64,000 nucleotides of DNA from Octopus vulgaris (Eukaryota): positions 26,474,001 to 26,538,000 of the forward strand of contig OX597828.1 in assembly GCA_951406725.2 (NCBI GenBank), given 5' to 3'. Positions 1 to 12,719 of the stretch are shown here, piece by piece; position 1 is the stretch's first letter; the number at the start of each line of letters is the position of its first letter. The notes beneath the pieces are model-generated. The model was not told where the DNA came from and made no database searches. It saw only the letters and a list, made by a program, of their open reading frames with translations. Made by a program: the position numbers and the translations under genes.

Positions 1-149
1 AGCACAAGTTATGTACCAGTATTTCCAAAAGTTGAAGCCAGCACCGATATTTATAGGACAAACCTTGCCAACCTAATTCGAAGAAGACATTAAATGCTCA
101 GAGAGAGAATTTAGTCATCATCATCATTTTAATATCTATTTTTCCACAC

Positions 150-297
150 ATTCTGAGTTCAAATTCCACTGAGGTTGACTTTGCCTTTCATCCTTTCAGG
201 GTCGATAAATTAAGTACCAGTTGCATACTAGGGTTGATCTAATCGACTGGTCTTTTCCCCAAAAATTTCAGGCCTTGTGCCTAGAGTAGAAAAGAAT
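150..297 (+). mobile_element. Meta-domain tRNA-derived SINE (family B), 5'-truncated, inserted into a (CAT)n-tailed family C element
   Basis: B-box-like GAGTTCAAATTCC, then GCCTTTCATCCTTTCAGGGTCGATAAATTAAGTACC (Meta domain-like) and tail GTGCCTAGAGTAGAAAAGAAT. Near-identical to 2027-2210. Flanked by an imperfect duplication ATATCTATTTTTCCA / ATATCTGCTTCTCCA. Confidence 0.85.
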
Positions 298-1850
298 ATA
301 TCTGCTTCTCCATGTTTGCATAAGTCAAACAAAATTTGTTGAAGCAGATTCTTTTTATGGCAGGCATTGGAGTGTATCCAGACATTCAGACAAACCCCAT
401 TGTGACTGCAGCTCTATGAAAGTATAATTGATATCACAGACATTTTGCTTTCTGTTTCTTGCAAATCAGATAATTGCAGAAGAATTCAGTAAACCAAGAA
501 AGCCCAGTTGAAGACTTGATTCCACCCATTCATTTACAGCAATGACTTGTGCCTACCCTTAAGAAACCTATTTATGGCTTGATTAGACAGAACAGTTTAT
601 GCTAATTGTCTATAGGTATAAATATCATATCACAGTGCAAGTGATAGGGTTTGAACCGGTAACCTTTTAGACAGTTGTTCAACATCCTATTGATATGTCC
701 CTTGGTACCTGCCAAAGGAAGTCAACCAAGGGCTTCTTTCAACTGAAAGTAGTCAACGTTCCTCTCTACTGCACAACAGAAAACCTGAAGGAGGTTGGAA
801 ACATGGCAAACATGGAAAAGAAAAACTGTTTGCTGGAGGGGGGGGGGGTACTTCAGGATGGTGGTGGTGGTGGTGGTGGTGGTGGTTGAGAGCAAAGATT
901 GATGGGTGCAGTGAAATGGCTGCAGCATTGCAACAAGGAGATGCGAAGTGACTGTAAAAACAGCAGTAACAACTACAACAACTGCAACAACAATGAAGAA
1001 GCACATAAATGGAAGAGCCATTTGCACATAGTTCATCTAGGACTAAAAGAAGGATTGGGAAGTTGCCAATCAGATATGGAGGCTTCCAGATGCAAGTTAG
1101 AACCTTGGTGATTGAAGAGTGATGCAGCACACCCTGTACACACACACACACACATACACACACACATACACACACACACACAGAGATATACTCTATAGTG
1201 GAAAGAATATGGACTTGGTAGATTGGTAAGAATCAAATGAGTTATCAGGACCGGAAATAATATGGAGAAAAATCATTAATGAAGTTAACAAAATAAATAA
1301 ATAAAGATAATGGAGCTTTGAGTGATGAGCTAATGGAATGTAGTTTGGAGAGTAAGCACAGAAGAGGTTGGGGGGGGTTACATTCAACCACCAGGGAATT
1401 GATTGATGAACAACTGCCAGTCTGGGGAGTTTAGCGATTAAGTTATTGTGATAAAGTCTGTCAAAGACTTAGTTGGTATCAAAGACAACAATCTTGTCCT
1501 TCATTAATATTTAAAGCCACAAGTTGAACTTGTGTGGGGGGGGGGGGAGAAAGGAAGAGAGAGAGAAATGGCAAGTGAGAAGAGAGAATGAGGTTTGCAA
1601 GTTCTTCTCCCAATTCTTAGCTCTCCTCATCCCTCTCTTCTCACTTGCTGAGGTTTTGTGAGGAGGAAAAATAAGGGAGCTCTTATTTGACAACGAAGCG
1701 GACACTGAGAATATACAACTATCTAGAGGTTAAGGGACAAAATAAGAAACAAGAAAACAAGTTCTTGAAGGTGATCCAGACAGCACCCTAACTATAGATA
1801 TTATTACAATAATCCTTTAAGCAGCTTACCACATTTCATGTGCCATTTAA

Positions 1851-2261
1851 CCCTTTTGACTGTAACCCACCTGAAACCACCTCTGCTTCTATAACACAAA
1901 CTTTTAAAGTGATCTAAATTATAACTTTTATGTTAATCAAAACTTTATGTCAATTTGTTGCAGACACCAGCTTAATACCGATAAAGTTACTTTACTAAAT
2001 TTTTTATTGCTTTGGCAATTAACTAATGCTTAGCAGAATTTTGTCTGTCTTTATGTTCTGAGTTCAAATTCCACCGAAGTCGACTTTGCCTTTCAACCTT
2101 TCGGGGTGGGCGGGGTCAATAAATTAAGTACCAGTTGCATACTGGGGTTGATCTAATTGACTGGCTCCCTCCACAAAAATTTCGAGCATTGTGCTTAGAG
2201 TAGAAAAGAATTAACTAAAACAAACGCAGAGAATGTCCACAGGAACATGGCAAGAAAAAGG
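1851..2261. mobile_element. piggyBac-type MITE (TTAA-flanked), interrupted by a SINE
   Basis: TTAA|CCCTTTTG at 1847-1858 and AAAAAGG|TTAA at 2255-2265. A related fragment lies near 24560-24665 on the opposite strand. Confidence 0.6.
2027..2210 (+). mobile_element. Meta-domain SINE (family B), 5'-truncated, with 10-bp target-site duplication
   Basis: GAGTTCAAATTCCACCGAAGTCGACTTTGCCTTTC...AATTAAGTACCAG body. AATTAACTAA occurs at 2017-2026 and 2209-2218. Confidence 0.9.
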
Positions 2262-3256
2262 TTAAGGGATATTGTCGAATAGAGACAGAGCTAACATATC
2301 ATGGTTGTTTTTTTTTTTTTGTTCTTATGCGAATGACTACCACGTATTCTAGCAGCTCCTCTCAGATGAAACCAGGAAACCATTTGCCAAATATAAATAA
2401 AACGTATAAATAAAAAGACAATATGATACAGTGAGAGTTGAGTGAGAGATGAAGTATAATACAGGATGAATGATAAATTGTCATGGTTGAATGTAATTTC
2501 CCGGCTAGTTAAACTTAAATAATTCTTACACACAAATCATGCGAGCATTTTGTTCAGATTTGTGATTAATTTTTAAACCATTCAGGATGGAATATAACTT
2601 ATTGGCAATCTATTTTCACGAGGAGGTAAAAGCTAACTTCCTGAATAAAATAGCCCAGTGATTAGAAAAATAATAAATAACAATGTTCTCAGGTCAGGAA
2701 TTATTTTATAGAGTTAATTACTATTGAGCGATGATGGTAGCAGTAGTAGTAGTGAGGCGGGGTGGGTTGTTAATAGAGAAAATTTCATTTTCATCAAAAG
2801 TGATGACATACAAAAATAAATAACTGCTTTACTTTACTTTAATGTCAACCAACAACATTAAAATAGTTGAAACATAATTCAGCCATAATGGGTATGAGAG
2901 AGAGCGATTCAGAAGCTAGAAATTCTTCACACACACACATTTGTTAATAATTTTAAACAAATGAGAACCTGAGACAAAAATGAAGAATATAAAAAACTTC
3001 ATTCAAATGTGTGTGTGTGTTTGTTTATCTATCAAGGTAGTGTCTACATATTTTAGGTCCTCCCAAAATGGTGTTACAAACATGATTTATAGTCAGCTTA
3101 AGACACATGCTGGCTGATAGTCGTAAGAGAACTATAGGTAATGAGGAGCGGGAGGGTCCCAAAGGGTTTCAGTGGTGCTTGGTGAAGGTGTCTACTGCAC
3201 AGACAACACCCACGACAATAAGGATAAAGTCATTGACAAAAGACTTGTACATTTAA

Positions 3257-3475
3257 CCCTTTAGTGTTCAGATTATTCTATCAAACAATATGTTTATTGG
3301 TTCACACTGATTTGAATTAATCATGCATTATCTCATATCTTCAAGATCTTGATGGTGTAATTACTTAATGTAGAATAACATTGTAGGGTAGGTGTGAGAG
3401 CCTGGATCTGGTCAGTTTGAACATAAAACAGATTAAATATTTTGGCCAGATATGGCCGGTTTAAATACTAAGGGG
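3257..3475. mobile_element. piggyBac-type non-autonomous MITE, full-length
   Basis: TTAA at 3253-3256 and 3476-3479. Termini CCCTTTAGT...ACTAAGGGG form a TIR. Further copies at 26574-26795 and 57398-57587. Confidence 0.85.
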
Positions 3476-3859
3476 TTAATTACAGCTTGTATTTGCTAAC
3501 TTTTGCTTTCCATCACCCCACCCTCCACCCTTTTAATCGAGTCAGAGTTGAAAAAGGAAGAGATTCCTGACCATTATAAAATTATTTATAACAAAGCTTA
3601 TTCCTTTAGAAACTAATAAAAGACACTGATCCATGGGATTAACTTTTATGTCCGATTTTTCCACGCTGGCATGGGTTAGATGAATATGTCATAGAAGCCT
3701 TGTTTTGCAGCTCAATATCCTTCTTGTTGCTAACCCTCACCCATATTTCAAGTAAGACATCTCTTGTTCTACATGGCTTTGAAGGTGCGGAAGGAATGGT
3801 GATCTGTGGATGAGAACTCTGAACTGCTTCGCTCATAGATTGAAACTTTCATAAATGTA

Positions 3860-4062
3860 AGCAAGACATAAACAACCGCACATACACACAAACTAGGCTT
3901 CTTTTAGGTTCCGTCAACAAAATCCCCTCACAAGGCCCCAGTCAGCTGGAAGCCACAAAGACACCTGTAACAAGATGTCATACGGTCAGACCATCAGACC
4001 GAACCCCAAATCACTTAGCTGGGAAGTAAAACCTCATAGCCACTCGGCCAAGTCTGTGCCTA
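3860..4062 (-). mobile_element. Degenerate family A SINE
   Basis: Similar to 12960-13126 (AGGCTTCTTT..CCGTC..CAAATCC.CTCACAAGGC..GAACCC..). Confidence 0.65.
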
Positions 4063-5349
4063 ACCATGCATGCGTTCAAGTTAACAAAATGAATGTAAAA
4101 GGAAATTACAGTGAAAGAAGAATAAATTGAAATAGTTAAACAAAAAAAAAAAAATCAATAAGTATTTCAAGAGGTGAAATCTCTTTATTATTGTTGTTGT
4201 TTCTTTTTTTTTTTTTTTCATTTTCCTCCCACTCATTAATTGAAAAGCTATATATGTTAGTTAATAACACATGGTCTATGACGCATGCCAAACTAATCAA
4301 CTGTTTGGTTTGATGTTTTTTTTTTCTTTTTTATCTTTTTCTTTCTCTTTCCACAAGTAAAAAAATACCAAACATACATTGCGTATCCAGGTTACAATTC
4401 ACAACCAATCTGTTACCACATAATTTACATAAATACTAAAAGTGACTAATATTTGTCACCTCATTTAGAGACGTTTGAAACAAACAAAGCAAAAAGAGAA
4501 AAGGGGCTGGATTCAACTTAATTATTAACAATATTTCTTTTTGTTTTAACCAAAAAAACAAAAAAAAATTATTTTTTTGTTTTTGTTTTTGCCTCTCTCT
4601 AGTAATTTGAAGTGTCTGTTGGTCTTGTTTTAGTTCTTGCTCTGTAACCAATAATCAGTTTAAAGAAGGAAAGAAAAAAATAGGTAAACTGGTAAGAATG
4701 AGATTTTGGTTATTCTTTCCATGGGGAAATCCTTAAAAGACCATCAATATCTGACCTTTAAGAAGGTGCCATATATTAAACAGAATAAGAAGAAAATGTG
4801 CCGTGCCCTATTCAGGGAATAATATTTATTTAAAAAAAAATTAAAATAGTAATAATAATAATAATAGCAACAACATCAATGATGATGATGATAATAAATG
4901 TGCTCAAGAGAGGTTATTAAATTGGGTATGGTTGTGGTGGTAGGGAGTAGAAACAAAGAAATAATCATCCTTCTCTAAAAAAAAAAAACCAAAAACTAAA
5001 TTCCTTCTTACAAAAGCGAAACAAAACTCCATAACCTTTTCAAAATCTCATGGTCCCCCTCAGGATACTTTTCTAATCCATTGGATATGTTACATCAATA
5101 TTAAGAATGAGCAAAGCAATGAGATTAAAGTGAAGCAGCTTGTTATTAGTTTTGTTTGTGCTTTTTTCCTTAATGAATAATTTCTTTTCTTTTTTTTTTT
5201 CTTTCATCATAGTTGGTAGTATCTTATTTTACAATGGAATTGCTCGTCTCAACTCTTTCTCTGCCTTAAGATGCATTTATGATTTTGATTATTATAGAAA
5301 TTTAATAAAAGAACAAGAATGCAAACTTTAATTCTTTTACACACGGAAT

Positions 5350-5426
5350 TCATATGCACATATACGTACATAAATGTGTATGCATACATATATATATACA
5401 CACACAAATAAATGCATATATATTGT

Positions 5427-5471
<45 letters not shown>

Positions 5472-5918
5472 CCATATATATGTATATATATATATATACT
5501 TATATATACCAATATATACATATACACACACACACACACATATATATATACATACATATATATACATATATATGCACATATATATACCAATATATATATA
5601 TATATACACATATTAAATATATATATATAGATAGATAGATAGATAGATAGATATATAAATATATATATATACATACATATATATATAAATATATATACAT
5701 ATCTATACATATATATATATATATACATATATACATACATATATATAGATACATATATACATATATATAGATACATCTATATATATATATATGTGTGTGT
5801 ATGTATAGATATATATACATACATATATATGTATATATGCACATACATATACACATACACACACACACATGCACACACACACACACACACGTATATATCT
5901 ATATATATCTATATATAT
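5350..5918. repeat. Compound microsatellite (TA)n/(CA)n/(TAGA)n
   Basis: Seen directly in the sequence. Confidence 0.95.
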
Positions 5919-6693
5919 AATGCAAATAATCAGAAAATGTATAAAACTCTATTTAACAAACACATCAACTGGACCACATTTATAGCTTATTTTTTAATAC
6001 AAAGCATGACATAACAAGTAGGTGACATAGCAAATCTTACGGCCGTTTCCGATCAGTTGCCAAAATGCTGTCTATAAATAAATGCAAGAATAAAGTTCTC
6101 CGTCTTCATAGGACATTGGAATTAAGCTCGTAGTGGTCTACAGAATATTCCCTAGACCACTACTAGCTCACTCTTTTACCTACAGACCTCGTAGCCCATA
6201 GATGGTAAATTATGTGCTTTAAACTTATTGGGCTTCTCCGCTTTTGCTCTAGGCCATGTTTTCTTTCCTTCCCTTCTTCTCTTTGTTTATATTGGATGCT
6301 TTCGTTTTTTACTCTGATGAAGCTCTGTGCCTTAATTCCAATGTCCTATGAAGATGGAGAACTTTATTCTCGCATTTATTTATAGACAGCATTTCAGCAA
6401 CTGATCGGAAATGGCCGTTACATCACCTATTTTGTTATGTCGTGCTTTGTATTAAAAAATAAGCTATAAATGTGGTCCAATCGATGTGTCTGTTAATCTG
6501 AGGTTTTCTCCATTTTCTAATTATTTGCATTGGTCCCTGATAAACTCTTGTTTATTCTGTTGTTACCTGCCCTCTATGTGCTTGGTGCGCCTGCATACCA
6601 ATGCCCGGGGATAATACAAGTAATGGATACCGATAGTATATACGGATATTTTATCCCTTACTCGGTTATTATAACTGCTAACTCTGTTTACTT
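5919..6693 (+). mobile_element. Fold-back element 1: probable Penelope-like pLTR remnant with inverted copy
   Basis: Inverted arms 5919-6126 / 6331-6531, with central hairpin GTAGTGGTCTA/TAGACCACTAC (6130-6163). GAAACGGCCGTA on minus at 6038-6049, degenerate GAAATGGCCGTT at 6408-6419, CTGATGA at 6314-6320. One-sided tail 6532-6693. (TA)n on both sides. Confidence 0.7.
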
Positions 6694-6718
6694 ATATATA
6701 TATATGTGTGTGTGCATG

Positions 6719-6756
<38 letters not shown>

Positions 6757-7261
6757 TACACACTTCTAATTCTCTACAGATTATGTGAATCTATTACCCC
6801 TGAAATCGTAATTCTAAGAAGAATACATATTCCTATATTCATAGCATATAATCTATCCTTTATACTAGAATATATTTACTTTGTATATTTCAATTAATCT
6901 CTGAGAATAATCAAGAATGTATAGGTTTACTGAGATGAATGTCTCTTTTAATGGAATGGTATTTGGAATAGAAGATAGTGAGATGACGGAGTTATTAGGC
7001 TGTTGGACAGAAAAGTCTTGTGACATCATCAGTTCTGGCTCTCTGCGCTCTGAGTTCATATCCTGTTAAGTCAACGTTGCCTTTTATCTTTTCAGGGTCA
7101 ATAAAGAACCAAGCAAGTGCTGGCATTGATTACTCAGTGTCTTTCTTTCTCTCTGTCTCAGAATTAGTAAATTGTACCATGAGAAGAGTGGAATGATGTG
7201 AGAATACACACAATTTTCTCTCGCTCTCTCTCTCTCTCTCCCCTATTCTCCAGAAATGGCA

Positions 7262-7410
7262 AAGGGTTTGAGTGTAGGGCTTAGCAACGTCATCTCACAG
7301 AAAATCTGATATGATGCTGGAACCCTCAAAGGACAGAACCATGTGCAGCAAAGCACATAACAGAAATAAACAAGAAGAAGAAGAAAGATGAGATTTTGGA
7401 ACATGGTTTA
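7262..7410 (+). pseudogene. Possible RTE-clade LINE 5' fragment (start of AP-endonuclease ORF)
   Basis: GGGCTTAGCAACGTCATCTCACAGAAAA leader, then frameshifted ATGAGATTTTGGAACATGG, resembling the 'MRFGTWN' start of RTE endonucleases. Confidence 0.4.
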
Positions 7411-8162
7411 ATGAAGAACAAATGTTCCTGTAATGAAATTCCATGTTAACATTGATGTAATAGCAACATTTTCGATTTGAATATGAACATCACTATTCTT
7501 TTTTTTTTTAATATCATTAAAATGGACATTCTCAGGTGGGTTGGTATTGAAATGGTTAAACAAATTTACATTACAAAATATATGAATGAAAAAACAGACA
7601 GCTGCTGATGCTGCTGCTGATGATGATGATGATAGGACACTTCTATTATTATTTCAGATTTCTTTAGAATATACAAGAAGGCAAGAAAAGAGCTGGCCTT
7701 GTAATTTGTGCTTCAGAGGGAAATGAGTCACACTAGATACAGTCATTAACAAACTCATGCCACAATAACAGTTTTCTTGTCAACAGTTCAAATCCTGATT
7801 TAATTAATTGATTAATCATTCTCTCCTCTGATGATTTACTGTATAAACACTAGTAGCATGCTGGGATAGGTAATCAAAAAAAAATTACATCATATTTAGA
7901 GATATCAAATTTTTGTGTTATCCTTATGTTACAAATACGTAAATTCCTTCTCACTGCCCCTTCTTATAACAACTATACCGGCTCCCACCTTTTGTTTTAA
8001 CGAGCTAACCATTTATTGCAGACCCTTCAATGCATTTACCTTTTCTCTCCTCATTACTCCTACATGATGGTCACATACCACAATCCATCCAAATCATTTG
8101 CCCAAAGCTTCCAAGGACCCCCCTCTTATGCCTTTTGCATTTTTCATTGCAATAGACATATA

Positions 8163-8500
8163 AGGTGCAGGAACAGGTGTGTGGTTTAAGAAGTTTGTGT
8201 CACATCTATGTGGTTTCAGCACCTTTGGTAAGAGCCTTCTACTATAACCCCAAACCAACCTGTTGCGTGTGTGTGTGTGTGTCCATGCGTGCACATGTAT
8301 ACTTGTTATGGCTGTGATTGCTTCTCACTGCTCGAAAACAAGTATTGGTTTGTTTATGTTCCCATAACTTAGCAGTTTGGCAGAAGCTCTAACAGAATAA
8401 ATACTAAACATCAAATAAGTATTGGGGTCAATTTGATCAACAAAATCCTTCAAGCGTTGCTTCAACATGTCCGCAGTCCAATGATTGAAACAAGATAAAG
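8163..8500 (+). mobile_element. Degenerate family A SINE with internal deletion
   Basis: Head GGTGCAGGAA..TGTGTGGTTTAAGAAGTTTG, middle CCCATAACTTAGCAGTTTGGCA, tail CAGTCCAATGATTGAAACAAG. Confidence 0.75.
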
Positions 8501-9284
8501 AAAAAAAAAGATTGACCAACTGAGGTTAGAAGTGAACATTAACCACCAATGTCACCAATTTGGAAAGGACTTCAAAGGTGACAGTTATTACCTGTATTTT
8601 CTCTACAATTACAAAACAGAATAAAATAATTAAAAAAACCAGAAAGATATCCTCCCATGTATATATCAATTGGAACAGATCTGGAAATGAACTTATTTCT
8701 CACGAATAATTCAGGGAAATATAAACTGGGCAACAGATCCACAAAACAAGAAAACAAACACAAATAAAAAAAATTTTAAAAAATTCTAGAACATTCAGAC
8801 ATCATTTCATCCGTAGAATTACAAATTAGTCTAAGGCCAAAGGTGAAAAGCAACCAACTGCTGGCTTGAAGGGGAACAAGGTCACATTAACAAATCCTAC
8901 AGACTAATCCATTAACAAGCAGCTGACACATTAAACAGTTGCTGTAGATTGCAGATTTAGCTGTCAAGTATATATATATATACATACATACACATATATA
9001 TATATATGATTGAGACATAGTTATCCTTGCACAATGGAAGTTATTTAGGACAAAGAAGACAAAAAATAAAAGCTTGTCTGATGGTAATCCAACAACCTTC
9101 ATCACATCTCATCACTTTAACTGTGACCAAGTTTATAACTGTTCACTCTGAGGCTTTTTCTTCTCTTTTTGGTGAGGGAGATTTCTTTTTGTTCTTTAGA
9201 AAACTATCATATGTTCATATCCTACGTTCATGTGCCTATTTATTTTTCACACACACACACATCATGGTATCAACCGGACTATTG

Positions 9285-9553
9285 GATGTTGTTATACATC
9301 ATTGGTTACATTGTGCTTCCTTGCATTGTTTTAGCTTTCGAATGATGCCATCCCACTGGCTAGGCAAGAAAGCCCCCCTGACTGGAAGGCCATTCCGTCA
9401 CGGGGTGACCCCTATTTACAGCCAAATGGACAGGAACAACATGAAATGAAGTGTCTTGCTCGAGAGTACAATGCACCACCTGGTCTGGGAATCGAACCCC
9501 TGATGTAGTAATCTTGAGTGCAACTCTCTAACCACAAGGCCATGGGCCTTCAC
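9285..9553 (-). mobile_element. tRNA-derived SINE (family D)
   Basis: On minus: A-box TGGCCTTGTGGTTAG, B-box GGTTCGATTCCC, then CTCGAGCAAGACACTTCATTTCATGTTG (V/CORE-like central domain). A related fragment lies near 24700-24800. Confidence 0.75.
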
Positions 9554-9577
9554 ACACACACACACACACACACACAC

Positions 9578-9965
9578 ATCTTTTACTTGTTACACTCATA
9601 GGACTGAGGCCATGCTGGGGCATCGCCTTGAAGAGTTTAACTGAACAAACTGACCTTAGGACTTATTTTTTTACACCTGGTACTTTCCTACCCATCTCGT
9701 TTGCCAAACTGCTCAGCAATGCAAACAGACCAACACTGGTTATCAAGCTGCTGGATGAAAGAACAAAGATACACACACACACACCCTTCTGTGTGTGTGT
9801 GTGGCTGGTGTGTATATACAACAGGCCGCCACACTATTTCTGTTTACTTAAATTTATTCACAAGGCACTGATTGACTTAGGACTATGATAGAAGACACTT
9901 ACCCAAGGTGCTGTGCAATGGGACTGAACCCATGACCACATGGATGGGAAGCAAGCTTTTAGACT
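9578..9965 (-). mobile_element. Degenerate family A SINE
   Basis: Tail TCTTTTACTTGTT..GGCCATGCTGGGGCA, head GGGACTGAACCC..ACCACATGG. Confidence 0.8.
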
Positions 9966-10147
9966 AAATTCAATTTTAAGCTTTAAAATTTGCATTGTAA
10001 AACAAAATAAGCAGGTGTGTGTTGAGGGATATCCATTGCCTGTGTTTATGTTTACACCAATCTACATGTATGTTGTGATATTTTATACTGTGTAACTTAG
10101 CGGCTCAACAAACGGAGAATGATTGAAACTGTTCCCCACAGAACTGA

Positions 10148-10294
10148 AACAATTACCAGATATGATCTGGTTAACTAAATAAGCCATTGAAGGCAGTGCT
10201 CCAGCATGGTCACAATCCAACAATTACCAGATATGATCTGGTTAACTAAATAAACCATTGAAGGCAGTGCTCCAGCATGGCCACAATCTAACAA
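10148..10294 (+). repeat. 71-bp tandem duplication inside a family A SINE 3' end
   Basis: AACAATTACCAGATATGATCTGGTTAACTAAATAA..CATTGAAGGCAGTGCTCCAGCATGG at 10148 and 10219. Confidence 0.9.
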
Positions 10295-10471
10295 GTAAAA
10301 AAAATAAAGGACTATTTACATGTGTGTTGTGCAAACCTGTTATGAATGTATACAAATATATAATCATTATACAGAAAAATGGCACAGATAGTTTCATTTA
10401 ACATCTGTCCTCTGTGTAATTCAATGTGTTTGACAAGATTCTATGGTACTTACATCTGCCACCATAATGAA

Positions 10472-10509
<38 letters not shown>

Positions 10510-10689
10510 AGGTATGGTTGAAGGGTTTTGAATTCATCACTATTCTTAATGCTAATGTTTGGTGTGTTGGTGTGTATATATATTCATGTCTATGACACAG
10601 TATGTAAATACAAAAGATGTTTCCAAAGAACTGAATGGCTTTTAACAGCCAGGTGTTCTATCTGTGAGATTGTGGTGGTGTGAACCAGA

Positions 10690-11070
10690 TGAGAGATAAA
10701 AATCTCTCTTAAATAATACACCAGTTCATAGAAGGCAACAATCTCCACAGATGACCTACAATCTATCCTAAATGGTACACTAATCTGTAACAAGCAGCAT
10801 CTCCCCCCGGTTGACCTACAATCTCTCTAACACAGTACATCAGTCTATAGCAGGCAACATTTCCCACAGGTGATCTAGAATCCCTCGTAAACAGTAGACC
10901 AGTCTATAGCAGGCAACATTTCCCACAGGTAATTGAGAATTTCTCCAACACAATGCATCATCTACGGCAGGCAACATTCCCCTGTCCCCTTACTGATCTG
11001 GAATCTCTCCTACATGTTCAATCAATCTTTAGAAAGCAATATTTCCCCCAGGTGATCTGCTATCTCTTCT
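10690..11070. repeat. Degenerate ~59-bp minisatellite, about 6 units
   Basis: AGGCAACATTTCCCACAGGTGA-like motif at 10733, 10792, 10852, 10911, 10969 and ~11033 (spacing 58-64 bp). Confidence 0.85.
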
Positions 11071-11929
11071 AGAGACAGGCGGACACAAGCAATGCAGAAT
11101 ATGGTGTTCTGTCGGCTCAGAAACACAGCAAACTGTCAACAGTAGGTTTGGATTAAATGCTTCATGACAAAACAGTACAATGCCTTATCTTCTCTGTCAG
11201 GTTCTTTCTTTGACATGGTAGTTGTATGTCTTTATGTATGGCTAGCATCAATGACAGGTGGATAGAATGACTATAGCAAAGTTTGTATTCTGGTTGCTGT
11301 TGTTGTTGCTGTTTAGCCTCAGGTTTGCCTTGATAGTGGAGACTTACACGTCAGCATGGTTATGTGGTCCTGAAGTCTGTTTTGCAATCATATAGCTCCA
11401 AGTTAAATACTATTGTGTAGTATCTTAAGCAAGTATTTTCTTCCCCTATGGCCTTGGGATGAACATTACCTTGGGACTACAAACTAGAAAACAGAAACTG
11501 TGCCTATGGTAGGCAGGTATGTGCTTCTGTTTGTCCATGGTTATATTTACTGCAGTGTAAAATAAAAATAAACACAGTGTTGTTGTTTGTCATGTATACC
11601 TTTAAATTTCATGATATAGCAGTTCGACAGCTAGAGATTAATAAAATAAACACCAGCTTGAAATATGTAATGGGATTGGTATAAACAGCTGATTGGAAAT
11701 CCAAGTAAACATAATAAAAAAAAAATGTTCCATTGTTGTTATTTTGTCTTGCCCCACTGTCCAACTTTGAAATGAGGAATGTGGGATGAAAGAAAGTTAG
11801 CTGCTATTTCTAGCATGTCAAGTGATTGCATTGAGGATCCCTTATCAACTTAGAGTAACCTTTATTATTTGCTGTGACATGGATCCACTGACATAACTAA
11901 CAGAGTGTACAGACATCATTTATAATCCT

Positions 11930-12228
<299 letters not shown>

Positions 12229-12464
12229 CTATTTCTTTATTACCCACAAGAGGTTAAACATAGAGGGGACAAACAAGGACAGACATAGGTATTAAGTCAA
12301 TTACATCGACCCCAGTGCATAACTGGTACTGAATTTATCGACCCCCCGAAAGGATGAAAGGCAAAGTTGACCTCAGCGGAATTTGAACTCACAATGTAAC
12401 GACAGACGAAATACGGCTATGCATTTCGCCCGGCGTGCTAATGTGTCTGCCAACTCGCCACCTT
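12229..12464 (-). mobile_element. Full-length Meta-domain SINE (family B) with an alternative 3' tail
   Basis: On minus: GGTGGCGAGTTGGCAGA head, GAGTTCAAATTCCGCTGAGGTCAACTTTGCCTTTCATCCTTTCGGGG. Tail ...CTTGTGGGTAATAAAGAAATAG differs from the 150-297 type. Confidence 0.9.
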
Positions 12465-12719
12465 CTACCTACCTACCTACCTACCTACTTACCTACCTAC
12501 CTATCTATCTATCTATCTATCCTATCTTTCTCCATAGTGGGACAGATGACATTAAAGTAGCTGGACGACCCAATGTACATTTTGAAATGTTATGCTCCAT
12601 ACACAAAAGCTTGGGGAAGAGCAGAGATATACACAGCAACATCGGGAGTGAAAGGAGAGATGAAGAGTCAAGCACACACTGATAGACAAAGCTTCATCTC
12701 TAAAATTTAATTAAAGCAT

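Noticed and set aside
10690-11070. CRISPR-like periodicity
   Set aside because: The whole unit is homologous between copies (no unique spacers), the context is eukaryotic, and there are no cas genes.
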